Below, one piece after another: positions 25,618 to 34,655 of a DNA stretch of 44,389 nucleotides; position 1 is the first letter of the stretch, and each line of letters opens with the position of its first letter. The notes beneath the pieces are model-generated. The model did not search any database, was not told the origin of the DNA, and was given only the letters and a program-made list of their open reading frames with translations. Origin of the DNA: a virus (lineage: Duplodnaviria > Caudoviricetes); the IMG/VR virus record IMGVR_UViG_3300048611_000042, positions 1 through 44,389 of that record, one strand, 5' to 3'. The position numbers and the translations under genes are program-made.

Positions 25618-25926
25618 TCAGGCGGGTGTCTGTGGGGGCTGGGCTCCTGGCAGGAGCAGCCGCGGCCCCGAGAGGTCGTTCCAGACGCGCTCCAGCAACT
25701 GGTACAGGCGCACGCGAGCGAACGTCTCGAACTGCGCTCGCCCCTCGCTGCCGCTCGGCCACACGGACTCGATCAGCGTCTCGACGCGGGCGTCGGTCTG
25801 GATCAGGCCCACTGGCACGGGCGTCCCAGCGAGGCGCTGCTCCAGCGCCTCGATCTTCTCGTCGAGCACCGCGTCGACGTCGACCACGGTGGCGTCGGCT
25901 TCGAGGACTTCGACGTCGTCTGTCAC
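25618..25926 (-). CDS. Hypothetical protein
   Basis: GTGA-coupled start VTDDVEV. Confidence 0.6.
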   Translation of the reverse strand: MTDDVEVLEADATVVDVDAVLDEKIEALEQRLAGTPVPVGLIQTDARVETLIESVWPSGSEGRAQFETFARVRLYQLLERVWNDLSGPRLLLPGAQPPQTPA

Positions 25927-26747
25927 GGCATGCTCCATCGAGGGAAGTCGCGCGGGGCCACCTGCGCCGACTTGGCGGCGCAGTGCTCCGCGTTGTACGC
26001 GTCGACCGCGATCTCGCGGATGCGGGCTTCGTCCGCCGCTGCGACGGCGTGCCCCAGCGTCTCGGACCGCACGATCTCCACGATCTCGTCGCGGGTCCAC
26101 GGGATGGGAACGTGGCTCAGCCAGTTCACCGCCGCCCCGCGCAGGTCCTCCTCGTCGTGCTCGTACGCCTCGTCCACCACGGCGAACCCAGCGTTGCTCG
26201 TCTCCCCCTCCGAGATGGGCGAAGCGGAGACGAGCGGCGGTGGGCCACACAACACGTCAGCGAACAGCGGGCACTGGAACGTGCCGTCGATGAGCATGAG
26301 CCCGACGATCGCGTAGCCGAGCAGGTCCGCCTTCGTGTCGACGATCGGCTCGTGCAGGGCCTCGACGCGCCGCTCCAGGTTCCTCAGCCGCGCGACCTTG
26401 TCGGAGAGCCGCACGAGGACCCCCAACGCGCCGAACGCGTTGATGTTCTCGTGGCCGTAGTCGTGCTGCTTCGAGATCACCGTGTCCACGACCCCGTCCA
26501 CGAACTCGCGGCGAACGTGCGGGATCGTGGAGTGGTCGGCGATCACCGAGACGCCGATCGAAGACAGCCCGTCACGCAGATACGTGGGGGAGGCGTCCTC
26601 CTGCGCGTTGCGGGCGACGCGCAGATCCCAGGCCACGGCCTCCTGGAGGGCGAGGTCGAGTGGGTGGCGGTCCCACACTCGGTTGGCGCGGTCGAGGATC
26701 TCGTCGGCCGCGCGGTGCGCGCCCTGCTCCCAGGTGAGGGGGCTCAC
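25923..26747 (-). CDS. Nucleotide-modification-associated domain 1 (DUF1599) protein
   Basis: SKQHDYG..N...GVLVRLSDKVARL...DTKADLLGYAIVG. Confidence 0.8.
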   Translation of the reverse strand: MSPLTWEQGAHRAADEILDRANRVWDRHPLDLALQEAVAWDLRVARNAQEDASPTYLRDGLSSIGVSVIADHSTIPHVRREFVDGVVDTVISKQHDYGHENINAFGALGVLVRLSDKVARLRNLERRVEALHEPIVDTKADLLGYAIVGLMLIDGTFQCPLFADVLCGPPPLVSASPISEGETSNAGFAVVDEAYEHDEEDLRGAAVNWLSHVPIPWTRDEIVEIVRSETLGHAVAAADEARIREIAVDAYNAEHCAAKSAQVAPRDFPRWSMP

Positions 26748-26959
26748 TTGCGGACCGTCCCGACGAACGCCCCGAACAGGAACACGAGCCCCGCGGACGG
26801 CCAGAAGCCGAGCCCGACGCCCAGGGCGCCGAGCACGGCGGACAGCACCGCCGCCGTCAGCGCGAGGCTTCCCGCGCCGAACACGAGCGCCGCGAGCACC
26901 GCAGCGATCACGAGCGCGGGGCCAGGGTCCTGGCTGCGGAACTTGTAGTGGGTCGTCAT
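26744..26959 (-). CDS. Small membrane protein
   Basis: Largely hydrophobic 71 aa. Confidence 0.7.
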   Translation of the reverse strand: MTTHYKFRSQDPGPALVIAAVLAALVFGAGSLALTAAVLSAVLGALGVGLGFWPSAGLVFLFGAFVGTVRK

Positions 26960-27336
26960 GCCTGTCCCTTCAGGTAGAGGCGGATCAAGTCGTGGTCTTC
27001 GAGTGCCTCGCGCAGCAGGGCGTAGGCCCTGTCGCGGAGGTCCGCGATGTAGGTCTTCGAGAGCCCGAGTTCACGGGCGAGTTGGCGCAGCGACATACGG
27101 CGCACCACGTAGCCGTCGAACACCCACCGCTCACGCGGTGGCAGTCCGTCGATGGCGTCCTGGATCACGTCACGAAGCGGCAGCAACTCCTCGCACGAAG
27201 CGTCGGGGTCCTCGTGAGGCCCACACTCCATGAGTGCTCCGAGGCGTGTCTCTGGCCGCTGCTCCCCGTGGCCCACGAACAAGCGCCAGCGGTCGTCCTC
27301 GTCGAGCCTCCATGCGATCTCACGCCGCTGAGGCAT
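26956..27336 (-). CDS. Sigma-70 region 4-like HTH protein (no region 2)
   Basis: AIDGLPPRERWVF...MSLRQLARELGLSKTYIADLRDRAYALLR. Confidence 0.8.
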   Translation of the reverse strand: MPQRREIAWRLDEDDRWRLFVGHGEQRPETRLGALMECGPHEDPDASCEELLPLRDVIQDAIDGLPPRERWVFDGYVVRRMSLRQLARELGLSKTYIADLRDRAYALLREALEDHDLIRLYLKGQA

Positions 27337-27787
27337 CGGCGTCCGTCCCGAACAGGGCGTCCGCGGGGAACGCGAAGTACGTCTTGCCTTCGGGGAACGA
27401 CTCCAGGCTGGCCTCGCCGTTGGCGAGCAGGTGGTCGAGTTCGGCGAGTGTCACGAAGCCCCAGCGGTCGTTGTGCGAGTCGAACACGAACAACTCGACG
27501 GGGTGAACGTCGTTCCACCAGTGGAGCGCCCCCCACTTGTCCAACTTCAACTTCAGCGTCTGATCCCGCCCGAAGCCCTGGACCTCGACCAGGCGCGAGG
27601 TCATCAGGTAGTCGGGCGTGTAGCGCAGGCGCGCGGGGAGCGCGGTCATCTTCAGCGGCGGGCGGTTCAGCCCGAACCGCACGAACCCGCGCTTCAGCAC
27701 GCTCTTGGCGACCTCCTCGAACTTCGCCTCGGCGAGGTCGCCCATGCCATCGAAGCGGCTGCTCCAGCCGCGGTCCTTGAACGACAT
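27320..27787 (-). CDS. PD-(D/E)XK-like nuclease (T7 endonuclease I-like)
   Basis: RYTPDYL...LVEVQG. Confidence 0.6.
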   Translation of the reverse strand: MSFKDRGWSSRFDGMGDLAEAKFEEVAKSVLKRGFVRFGLNRPPLKMTALPARLRYTPDYLMTSRLVEVQGFGRDQTLKLKLDKWGALHWWNDVHPVELFVFDSHNDRWGFVTLAELDHLLANGEASLESFPEGKTYFAFPADALFGTDADASAA

Positions 27788-27993
27788 CAGTCGGTCCCCG
27801 CCGTGGCGGCGAGGTACAGGCCCAGGTCATGGACCTCCGTCTCGACCCCGCGGTACCAGCCCCACGGGTCGTAGATGTGCGTGGCGGTCCGCCCGCGCTC
27901 GTCGTCGCGCTCGGGGAAGCGGAACGGCGCGCCCCAGCACTTGACGATCTCGCCGTTGCGCGGGCCACCCTTCAGCACCAGCGTGCGGCTCAC
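27787..27993 (-). CDS. Hypothetical protein
   Basis: GTGA-coupled; LKGGPRNG. Confidence 0.6.
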   Translation of the reverse strand: MSRTLVLKGGPRNGEIVKCWGAPFRFPERDDERGRTATHIYDPWGWYRGVETEVHDLGLYLAATAGTD

Positions 27994-28232
27994 AGCCTCA
28001 GTCCCTTCAGTGCCTCGCGCACGAGCGCGAGCGCCGAGCGCGAGCGCGGCCACCCGAAGATGCGCTTGCGCTTGGCGCCGTGGCCGCGGGCGTTTCCGCT
28101 CGCCGCGTGGACGCGGACCTGGTAGTTGCCTTCGGTGGCGGTCCCCGTGTCGTCGTTCCAGATGTAGACGCGATCGATCTCGAACGCGCTCGCCTCGCCG
28201 TGGGGCCAGACCTCGACCTTGACCACGATCAT
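27990..28232 (-). CDS. Hypothetical phage protein
   Basis: MIVVKVEVWPHG...IWNDDTGT..GNY. Confidence 0.7.
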   Translation of the reverse strand: MIVVKVEVWPHGEASAFEIDRVYIWNDDTGTATEGNYQVRVHAASGNARGHGAKRKRIFGWPRSRSALALVREALKGLRL

Positions 28233-28450
28233 CGGCGGCGCGCCTTCTTCGGGGTCAGCACAATCGCTCGCTCCTGCATCGCTGCGCCGATCAGGCGCCC
28301 GACTTCGTTCGGCATCTTCGCCAGGTACGAGTCGGCGTACTGGAGGGTCAGGTCGCCGCCGACCTGCGCGGCGTCGTCGCCGACGTGCAGCGTGATCCGC
28401 ACGTGCCACTCGGAGTTGGCGATCGCCTTCTTCCGCTCTGCGATCTCCAC
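28229..28450 (-). CDS. Hypothetical protein
   Basis: Coupled ORF with SD. Confidence 0.6.
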   Translation of the reverse strand: MEIAERKKAIANSEWHVRITLHVGDDAAQVGGDLTLQYADSYLAKMPNEVGRLIGAAMQERAIVLTPKKARRR

Positions 28451-28453
28451 GCC

Positions 28454-28879
28454 CTACGCTCCCTGTGTGCCACGGAGCGTGTCCGCCGCGGGCGGGAAGC
28501 GGAGGTAGTCGATCGCTGCGAGCAGGGTCTGCTCGTCGTCGCGTGCTGCTGGCAGCAGGCGCTTGTTGCACGTCTTGCACAGCAGTCCACGCACCGACCC
28601 ACGAACGCCCACAGCACGCTCCAGCGCGTGGTCATGGTCCACGTGGAGGTTGTAGGCGGGCTTGCGCCCGCAGATCGCACAGCGTCCGCCCTGGCGCTTC
28701 AGGATCGCGTCGTACTCCTCCAGGGTGATGTCGTACGTCTCCTGCAGGTGCTGACGGCGCGCGGTCTGGCGGGTCGTGTCGCGGCGACACGACTGGCAGA
28801 TGCGGCCTCGGGGCGTGAAGAACCGCGTGGCGCGGTTAGCCCCGCACCTAGCACACGTGCGGTAGCCCCTACGCGCCAT
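28454..28879 (-). CDS. Endonuclease VII-family nuclease
   Basis: YDITLEEY...QGGRCAIC...LHVDHDH...VRGLLCKTCN. Confidence 0.92.
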   Translation of the reverse strand: MARRGYRTCARCGANRATRFFTPRGRICQSCRRDTTRQTARRQHLQETYDITLEEYDAILKRQGGRCAICGRKPAYNLHVDHDHALERAVGVRGSVRGLLCKTCNKRLLPAARDDEQTLLAAIDYLRFPPAADTLRGTQGA

Positions 28880-29267
28880 TGAGGACCTGCACGTGGTACA
28901 CGGGCACGCCCGCCTGCTCGGCGCGCGTCACCATGTTGAGCGTGCCCCTCGACTCCTTCAGCGGCTTGTCGGTGAACGCGAACACCACGTCGGGCTTGCC
29001 CTCGTTCAGCATCCGCCTGTTGCGGATCACGCCAGCGGCCTTGCCGTGGCGGTCCCAGTCGGCTCGGTACTGGAGGTGCTCGATGTCGAAGATCCACTCG
29101 TCCTCCTGGACCCACCGCGCAGCGCGTGCGTCGGCGCCGCGGGCACCGCCCTCGATCACCACGAGCGACTCGCCGTTGGGGACCCGATCGAGCAGCCCAT
29201 CGAGCAGGCTCTCGATGACGCCCAGGCCCTCGTCCCAGGTGCGGCTCCCGCACACGAGGACCCTCAT
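28869..29267 (-). CDS. SLOG-superfamily protein (DUF2493/YspA-like)
   Basis: VLVCGSR, IEGGARGAD, ADWDRHGKAAGVIRNRRML, SRGTLNM. Confidence 0.88.
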   Translation of the reverse strand: MRVLVCGSRTWDEGLGVIESLLDGLLDRVPNGESLVVIEGGARGADARAARWVQEDEWIFDIEHLQYRADWDRHGKAAGVIRNRRMLNEGKPDVVFAFTDKPLKESRGTLNMVTRAEQAGVPVYHVQVLNGA

Positions 29268-29428
29268 GCGTGCCTCGATGCGACGTAGGGCAGGAACTCG
29301 CCCTTGCCCTGCAGCCAGTCGTCCAGTTCCTGGGCCAGGTTCATCGCGAACACGCGGTCCACGGGCTCGGTGAAGTGGTCGACCATCAGCACGAGGTTGT
29401 CGGGGTCCTTCTCGTACACGCGGATCAT
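29264..29428 (-). CDS. Hypothetical protein
   Basis: MIRVYEKDPDN; coupled. Confidence 0.55.
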   Translation of the reverse strand: MIRVYEKDPDNLVLMVDHFTEPVDRVFAMNLAQELDDWLQGKGEFLPYVASRHA

Positions 29429-29524
29429 CGTGCGCCCCTCACGCTCGCGAGGGCTCCGCGCAGGAGCCAGTACCACTTGCAGATCGCGCTCATCGGTACG
29501 CCCTCTCCACGAAGTTGACGAGCG

Positions 29525-30535
29525 TCATCGGTACGCTCGTTCAACGGTCCGCTGCAGTTGCTTCTCGCCGTCGCGCCGCTTCGAGAACTTGCCCCAGCGC
29601 GCGTCGGCGTCGGTGACGAGCACGAGCGCCTCATGGGGCGTGAGCCCCGAGTCCTTACACTCGCCCGCCAGGTAGAACAGGCCCTCGCTGCGGTCGCCAT
29701 CGAGCGGGCCGTCGTAGAACACGGCGCGCCCAGGCTTCGACAGGCGGTGCAGCAGGTGTCCCCTGCCCCCGCCGTACGTCGTGGCGGGCTCGATCGGCTT
29801 CGGTGGCGGTGGCGGCTTCCAGAGCCGCGCCGCGTCGTCGAGCACCTTGATCGGTGCTCGCATGATCATCGCGTGCTCCAGGAACTTCTCCCAGCCGAAC
29901 GTCTCGGCGCTCTCGATGATGATGGACTGGTGCAGGGGCTGCTTGCGATGGGCGCTGAGGAAGCCAGGGAACGGGAGCCTGACGTAGTTTCCGAGCGCGG
30001 TCGGGTCGCCGAAGCCCTCGGACTTCGGGTTCACCTCGCGCTTGCTCACGACCGCGACGTCGCACGCAACGAGCAGGGCTCGCCGCATCGTCGCTGCGGG
30101 CACCCAGCCCCTGGCGAACACCCACACGTGCCGACCGTCCGAGCGCGTGCGCTCGATCCAGCCGACAAGCCCCATGCGCCGCAGGACCCGCTTCAACGCC
30201 ACGGCAGCAGCGTGGCCCTCGTCGATCGTGTCGTAGTCGTACGCGCGCTTGCCAGGCGCTGCGACGTCGAAGTCGACGCAGCCCCACTTGACCGCCCAGT
30301 CGTCGTCGCACCACAGGTTCCGATCGATCGCGTTGTCGCACCGCACGCCATCGTGGAACGGCACGAGCGGGTACACGCCCAGGGGGCGGCGTCCGCTCAG
30401 GTGGTCCTCCACCGAATCGACCCAGTGCTCGTCCGAGTGGATCGTCGACTCGACGTGACGGCACCCGCCGTCGGCGGTCCCATACGCGTCCTTGCGCCCC
30501 TCGAACAGGGCGGCGAAGACTTCGAGGACACCCAC
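29525..30535 (-). CDS. Archaeo-eukaryotic-type primase (primase-polymerase)
   Basis: LFEGRKDAYG, HLSG..PLGVY, CVDFD, ERTRSDGRHVWVF, EVNPK, GNYVRLP; start taken at GTG 30535. Confidence 0.85.
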   Translation of the reverse strand: MGVLEVFAALFEGRKDAYGTADGGCRHVESTIHSDEHWVDSVEDHLSGRRPLGVYPLVPFHDGVRCDNAIDRNLWCDDDWAVKWGCVDFDVAAPGKRAYDYDTIDEGHAAAVALKRVLRRMGLVGWIERTRSDGRHVWVFARGWVPAATMRRALLVACDVAVVSKREVNPKSEGFGDPTALGNYVRLPFPGFLSAHRKQPLHQSIIIESAETFGWEKFLEHAMIMRAPIKVLDDAARLWKPPPPPKPIEPATTYGGGRGHLLHRLSKPGRAVFYDGPLDGDRSEGLFYLAGECKDSGLTPHEALVLVTDADARWGKFSKRRDGEKQLQRTVERAYR

Positions 30536-30537
30536 GG

Positions 30538-31173
30538 CTACGGCCCCACCATCTCGACCACCAACTCGGCGTCGACGCGCGCCTCGTGGTTCTGGCCCCG
30601 CCGCATGCGCGGCGTCCCGACCGCTGCGATGTCGACGATCTGGCACCCCATCTGCTGGAGCAGGCCCACATGCCACCCCGACACCGTCTGGCGCTTGCGG
30701 TCGCGCACGTGGTCGCTGATGTTGAGCACGAAGGTCCCGTACGGGCGCAGGACGCGCAGCGTCTCGCGCCATGCCGCCGCGTGGAACGCCTGGTACCCAT
30801 GCCCCCACTGCATGCTGCCCAGGTTGCCCGTGGACAGCGGGCGCCCCAGTCGCGAGCGGTACGTGATGCACGAGTCCCGCGGGTCGTTGTCGGCCATGCG
30901 GTTGCCGTAGCAGGGGCTCGTGACGATCGCGTCGAATGAGTTGTCGGGGAACGGCAGCGCGAGCGCGTTGCCGACGATCGTGTCGGGGTGCAGGTACGCC
31001 CACTCGGGCTCGATCTCGACGCCGACTGTCTGGCGTGTCGGCGGGTTAGCGAGCGCGTGGACCCGCCCAGTCCCCGCGAACGGGTCCAGGATCATGCCCT
31101 CGATCTTCGAGCGGTCGAGGACCGCTCGGATCTCGTCGAGGATGCGCTCGGAGAACTTGGCGGGGTGCTTCAC
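30538..31173 (-). CDS. Amino (N4C/N6A) DNA methyltransferase
   Basis: HPAKF, ILDPFAGTG (SAM binding), IVTSPCY (motif IV variant), RVLRPYG. Confidence 0.85.
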   Translation of the reverse strand: MKHPAKFSERILDEIRAVLDRSKIEGMILDPFAGTGRVHALANPPTRQTVGVEIEPEWAYLHPDTIVGNALALPFPDNSFDAIVTSPCYGNRMADNDPRDSCITYRSRLGRPLSTGNLGSMQWGHGYQAFHAAAWRETLRVLRPYGTFVLNISDHVRDRKRQTVSGWHVGLLQQMGCQIVDIAAVGTPRMRRGQNHEARVDAELVVEMVGP

Positions 31174-31370
31174 GCGACGACCTTCACCGCCACGATCTCG
31201 GAGACGCGCACGAGCCACGGCGACGCCGCACCCTCGCCCGTCACCACGACCCACTCGTGGGTGTTCTCGTCCCCGCGGGCGGCCACGAGCCGAGCCAGGG
31301 TTCCGAGGTACGCCTCCAGCCCCTTGGCGTGGACCACCACCCGCTTGCCGAAGTACGCGTCGGGGATCAT
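31170..31370 (-). CDS. Hypothetical protein
   Basis: ATGA-coupled; MIPDAYFG. Confidence 0.6.
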   Translation of the reverse strand: MIPDAYFGKRVVVHAKGLEAYLGTLARLVAARGDENTHEWVVVTGEGAASPWLVRVSEIVAVKVVA

Positions 31371-32467
31371 GCTGCCTCTCCCTTGCTCTGCTGGTCGTTC
31401 ACGACCACGCCACCGAACTGCTGCTGTACGGCGCGCACGGCATCGGTCACGGACTGCTGCGGCGGTGCCTGCGGGTTGAAGATGCGCGACCGCAGGTCCG
31501 TGTCGCGCAGCGGACGGATGAGCCCCGAGTCCGACTCCATGTAGAAGTCGATGCCGTCGTAGTGGGTCATGCGCCCACCTGGGCGCTTGTTCTTCACGAC
31601 GTGGACCGAGACTGTGTCGCGGTGCTCGTCGCGCTCGTGCGCTTCGAGGTCGTCCCAGTCGCGCTTGCGACGCAGCCCGATCACGATGGTCGCCTGCTGC
31701 TCGCCCGAGAAGCCCATCGAGAGGAGCGTGATGGGCGCACCAGGCTTCGCATTCGACCGCGTGCCCTGATGCAGGGCCACGATCGGGAAGGCACAATCCT
31801 TGGCCCACCCCTTCAGCGCGAACATCTTCTGCTTCACGGACGCGCTCTGGTCCTCGTGATGCCCGTCGCCAGGCATCATCTCGACGTAGTCGATCACGAC
31901 CGCGTCGGCGTCGGCGCCCCACACGTCTCGCGCCTCGTCGAGCGCGACGAGCATCTGCGGGATGCCGATGACGTCGTCGACCACGATCAGGTTCTGGAAC
32001 CAGGCGGTAGCCGTGTCGCGGATGATCGACTTCGCTTCCTCGTCGCCGTCCTTCACGCGGCGCTCCAGCGTCTCCGCGCCGATGCCCGTGTACATCGCGA
32101 CCAACTTCGCCAGGATCATCTCGGCGGGGTCGTCGAGGCTGAAGAACAGGACCCGCTTCTCGGGGTTGTTGAGCAGCATCGTGTTCACGAGTTGCGTCTT
32201 GCCCGAGTGCGCGAAGCCCGTGACGAGCACGAGGTCCGTCGGGCGGAACCCGCGGGTGAGCACGTCCACCTGTGCGAGCCCGAGCCCGATGCCCTGGTCC
32301 ACGTTCAGGGCCTCAATCAGCGAGTCGCTGACCTGCCCCAGGCGCTTGACGTACTTGAACGACGCAGGGGAGGGGGTGGTGGAGGCGGTGCCCCCCTCCC
32401 CGTCGGCCCGCTCGCCACCGAGGGCAGCAAGCCGCGCGTCGATCTCCTCGTCGGTCGGGATCGTCAC
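31367..32467 (-). CDS. DnaB-like (SF4) replicative helicase
   Basis: GFAHSGKT, FFSLD, VVIDYV, LHQ, EQQA, VKNKR. Confidence 0.9.
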   Translation of the reverse strand: MTIPTDEEIDARLAALGGERADGEGGTASTTPSPASFKYVKRLGQVSDSLIEALNVDQGIGLGLAQVDVLTRGFRPTDLVLVTGFAHSGKTQLVNTMLLNNPEKRVLFFSLDDPAEMILAKLVAMYTGIGAETLERRVKDGDEEAKSIIRDTATAWFQNLIVVDDVIGIPQMLVALDEARDVWGADADAVVIDYVEMMPGDGHHEDQSASVKQKMFALKGWAKDCAFPIVALHQGTRSNAKPGAPITLLSMGFSGEQQATIVIGLRRKRDWDDLEAHERDEHRDTVSVHVVKNKRPGGRMTHYDGIDFYMESDSGLIRPLRDTDLRSRIFNPQAPPQQSVTDAVRAVQQQFGGVVVNDQQSKGEAA

Positions 32468-32516
32468 TCCACAGCCTCCAGGCTGGATGCGGGACGGGGC
32501 GTGGGGGTGGCGCGGC

Positions 32517-33119
32517 CTAGAAGGGCTCCTCGGACCCGTCGAAGTCGTCGCGGGCGTCGAGGGCTTCCTTCACGTGCTCGGGCGCGTTGTCGAGCCAGAG
32601 CGACACGTCCTTGTGCGGACCGCGGGCACCCTTGAAGTCCGCCGCGTTGGGCTTGTACTGGCCGCTGGCCTTCTTGCCGCGGTTGTCGTAGAACGCGTCG
32701 GGGTCCTCCAGCAGCGCCTCCCACGCGGCGCCCTTGTCGGCGCCGCTGGAGGCCGTGCGGCTGCCGCCGCCCGTGCGCTTCGCTGCGCCGCCCGCCTTCT
32801 TCGCGGCACCGCGGGCCTTGGCGGGCGCGGGCTGCTCGGCGCCGACCACGACGCCGTCGCCGTTGACCTCGAACGAGACGCCCAACTGCGAGAGCACGTG
32901 GCCCTTCGCGCGGGCGAACGCCGCGGCGACCTTCGCGTCGATCGCCTCCTGCGCGTCGGCGGTGTCGACGTCGACCTGCACGAACAGGGACGCCTCCTCA
33001 CCCGCCCCGAAGCCGCCGTCGCGCGGGACCTTGCGCGAGTACGAGATCGTGTACGTGTTCGGCTTCACGTGGGTGGCGGTCAGGGTGCCGTCGGCGTCGT
33101 AGGTCTTCTCGGTCGTCAT
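32517..33119 (-). CDS. Putative ssDNA-binding protein with PDF-type motif
   Basis: WEALLEDPDAFYDNRGKK...PNAADFK...LWLDNAPEHV; acidic tail DDFDGSEEPF; lies between exonuclease and helicase. Confidence 0.65.
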   Translation of the reverse strand: MTTEKTYDADGTLTATHVKPNTYTISYSRKVPRDGGFGAGEEASLFVQVDVDTADAQEAIDAKVAAAFARAKGHVLSQLGVSFEVNGDGVVVGAEQPAPAKARGAAKKAGGAAKRTGGGSRTASSGADKGAAWEALLEDPDAFYDNRGKKASGQYKPNAADFKGARGPHKDVSLWLDNAPEHVKEALDARDDFDGSEEPF

Positions 33120-33181
33120 GCGTGGCCTCTCCAGGTCCGTGTGTGTGGGACCAGCCTGCGTGTGCGGTGCGGGGGGTGTCC

Positions 33182-34051
33182 TTACACCGTCACGAGGTCG
33201 ACTGGGCCGTGCTCGCGGTTCGACACCTGCCAGTCGTCGTCCACGAACTGCCCCTTGCACTCGCTGAAGATCGGGCACCACTTCGGCGAGCAGTGCCAGC
33301 CCTGGTCGTTCAGGGGCCACGTCTTGACGTCCGCCTCGATCAGCCGCGCTGCGGCGATCGACTGCTGGCGCAGCCAGTCCACGTGGCGCTCCGTGCGCCA
33401 CACGTCCACGTACTGGACCTCGCCGCGGTGCAACAGCACCGCGTAGCGGAAGTGGCGGCGCTCGGGGAGCGCCAGGTCACGCGAGAGCCCGAACGTGTAC
33501 GCGGTGGGCTGCACGGCGAACCGCTGCTTCTCCCACACCTCGTAGTCGCGCTCGCCCTGCTTCCAGTCCCACACGACGTGGTCCGTGTCGGCGCAGTCCA
33601 GGTACCCCTTCAGGCGGATCACGCGCTCGGAGTCCTCGTGCAGGACCTCGTCGAAGTGCCACTCGATCCGCTCGGGCTGCACGTGCGGCTCGACCTCGTC
33701 GATGAACAGGTCCAGCATCGCGTGTGCCCGCTCGTACACCGTGGCGGGCCTGTACTTGGGGAACGTGACGTCGGGGTTCAGCAGCAGGCGGTCGACCTCG
33801 TACTCGACCACGTCATGCGCCTCGGCCTCGGTCCAGTCCTCGCCCGCCAACTTCGGGCGCAGGATGCACTCAATGCCCGAGTGCATCGACTTGCCGATCA
33901 CGGTCGAGTCCGTGTCGGGGGAGAAGAGATCCCGCCTCAGGTACGCGTGTGCGAGTTCGGGGCAGCGCATCAACTCGTTCAGCCAGGACTGGCTGAACTT
34001 GTGCTCCCAGCGGCCGTCGTCGCGCAGGACCGTGCGGTACGCGTGGGCCAT
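33182..34051 (-). CDS. Cas4/RecB-like PD-(D/E)XK exonuclease
   Basis: SQSWLN..RCP, GKSMH, LKGYLD..VWDWKQG, Q..AY, C-terminal CSPKWCPIFSEC. Confidence 0.88.
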   Translation of the reverse strand: MAHAYRTVLRDDGRWEHKFSQSWLNELMRCPELAHAYLRRDLFSPDTDSTVIGKSMHSGIECILRPKLAGEDWTEAEAHDVVEYEVDRLLLNPDVTFPKYRPATVYERAHAMLDLFIDEVEPHVQPERIEWHFDEVLHEDSERVIRLKGYLDCADTDHVVWDWKQGERDYEVWEKQRFAVQPTAYTFGLSRDLALPERRHFRYAVLLHRGEVQYVDVWRTERHVDWLRQQSIAAARLIEADVKTWPLNDQGWHCSPKWCPIFSECKGQFVDDDWQVSNREHGPVDLVTV

Positions 34052-34311
34052 CAGGCGGTCGCGCCGACCAGGAGTTGCTCGTCCACGGGGGACCAACTGA
34101 CGGTGCTGGCGGGTCCCCCCACGTCACCGCCACCGATGTCGGGCACGAACGCTCCACCGATCAGGCGCTCGACGCGGACCCACGCACAGTCGGGGTCGTC
34201 GAGGTACGCCATGATCGCCTCGGAGAGGATCACGTCCTCGGCGGGACGGTCCAGCACGAGCGTGCGGCGCTCGGGCGCACGGGCGAACTGGGCAACGATG
34301 CGGACCTTCAC
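34051..34311 (-). CDS. Hypothetical protein
   Basis: GTGA-coupled; VKVRIVAQF. Confidence 0.55.
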   Translation of the reverse strand: MKVRIVAQFARAPERRTLVLDRPAEDVILSEAIMAYLDDPDCAWVRVERLIGGAFVPDIGGGDVGGPASTVSWSPVDEQLLVGATA

Positions 34312-34655
34312 GCGCTCGCCAGGGTCTGCACGATCGCGACGAACAGCGCGTCCTTCACCCGCTGGCTCTCGGGCAGGGCGTTGTAGTCGACGAGCAGCGG
34401 GTGTTCCTTCAACCCCTCGTCCTTCACGGGGCCGAGCACCCAGCCGTGCTGCCGCTTGAAGTCGCACCAGTCCTGGTGCGACTCCTCGGGCGTGGCGCCC
34501 GCCTTCGCACCCTGCACACCCTGGTACGCGGACTGCCGCGTCTCCTCGTCGAGGTCGTCCCACGACGGCGAGACGGGGATCGTCGGGTCGTCCTGCACGA
34601 TCTGCAGGGCGCGGTTGGCTTCGTGAACGACGCGTGCGATGTGTGTGGTTTTCAT
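34308..34655 (-). CDS. Stand-alone RyR-domain protein
   Basis: HQDW...GWVLGPVKD...EHPLLVDYNALPESQRVKD. Confidence 0.88.
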   Translation of the reverse strand: MKTTHIARVVHEANRALQIVQDDPTIPVSPSWDDLDEETRQSAYQGVQGAKAGATPEESHQDWCDFKRQHGWVLGPVKDEGLKEHPLLVDYNALPESQRVKDALFVAIVQTLASA

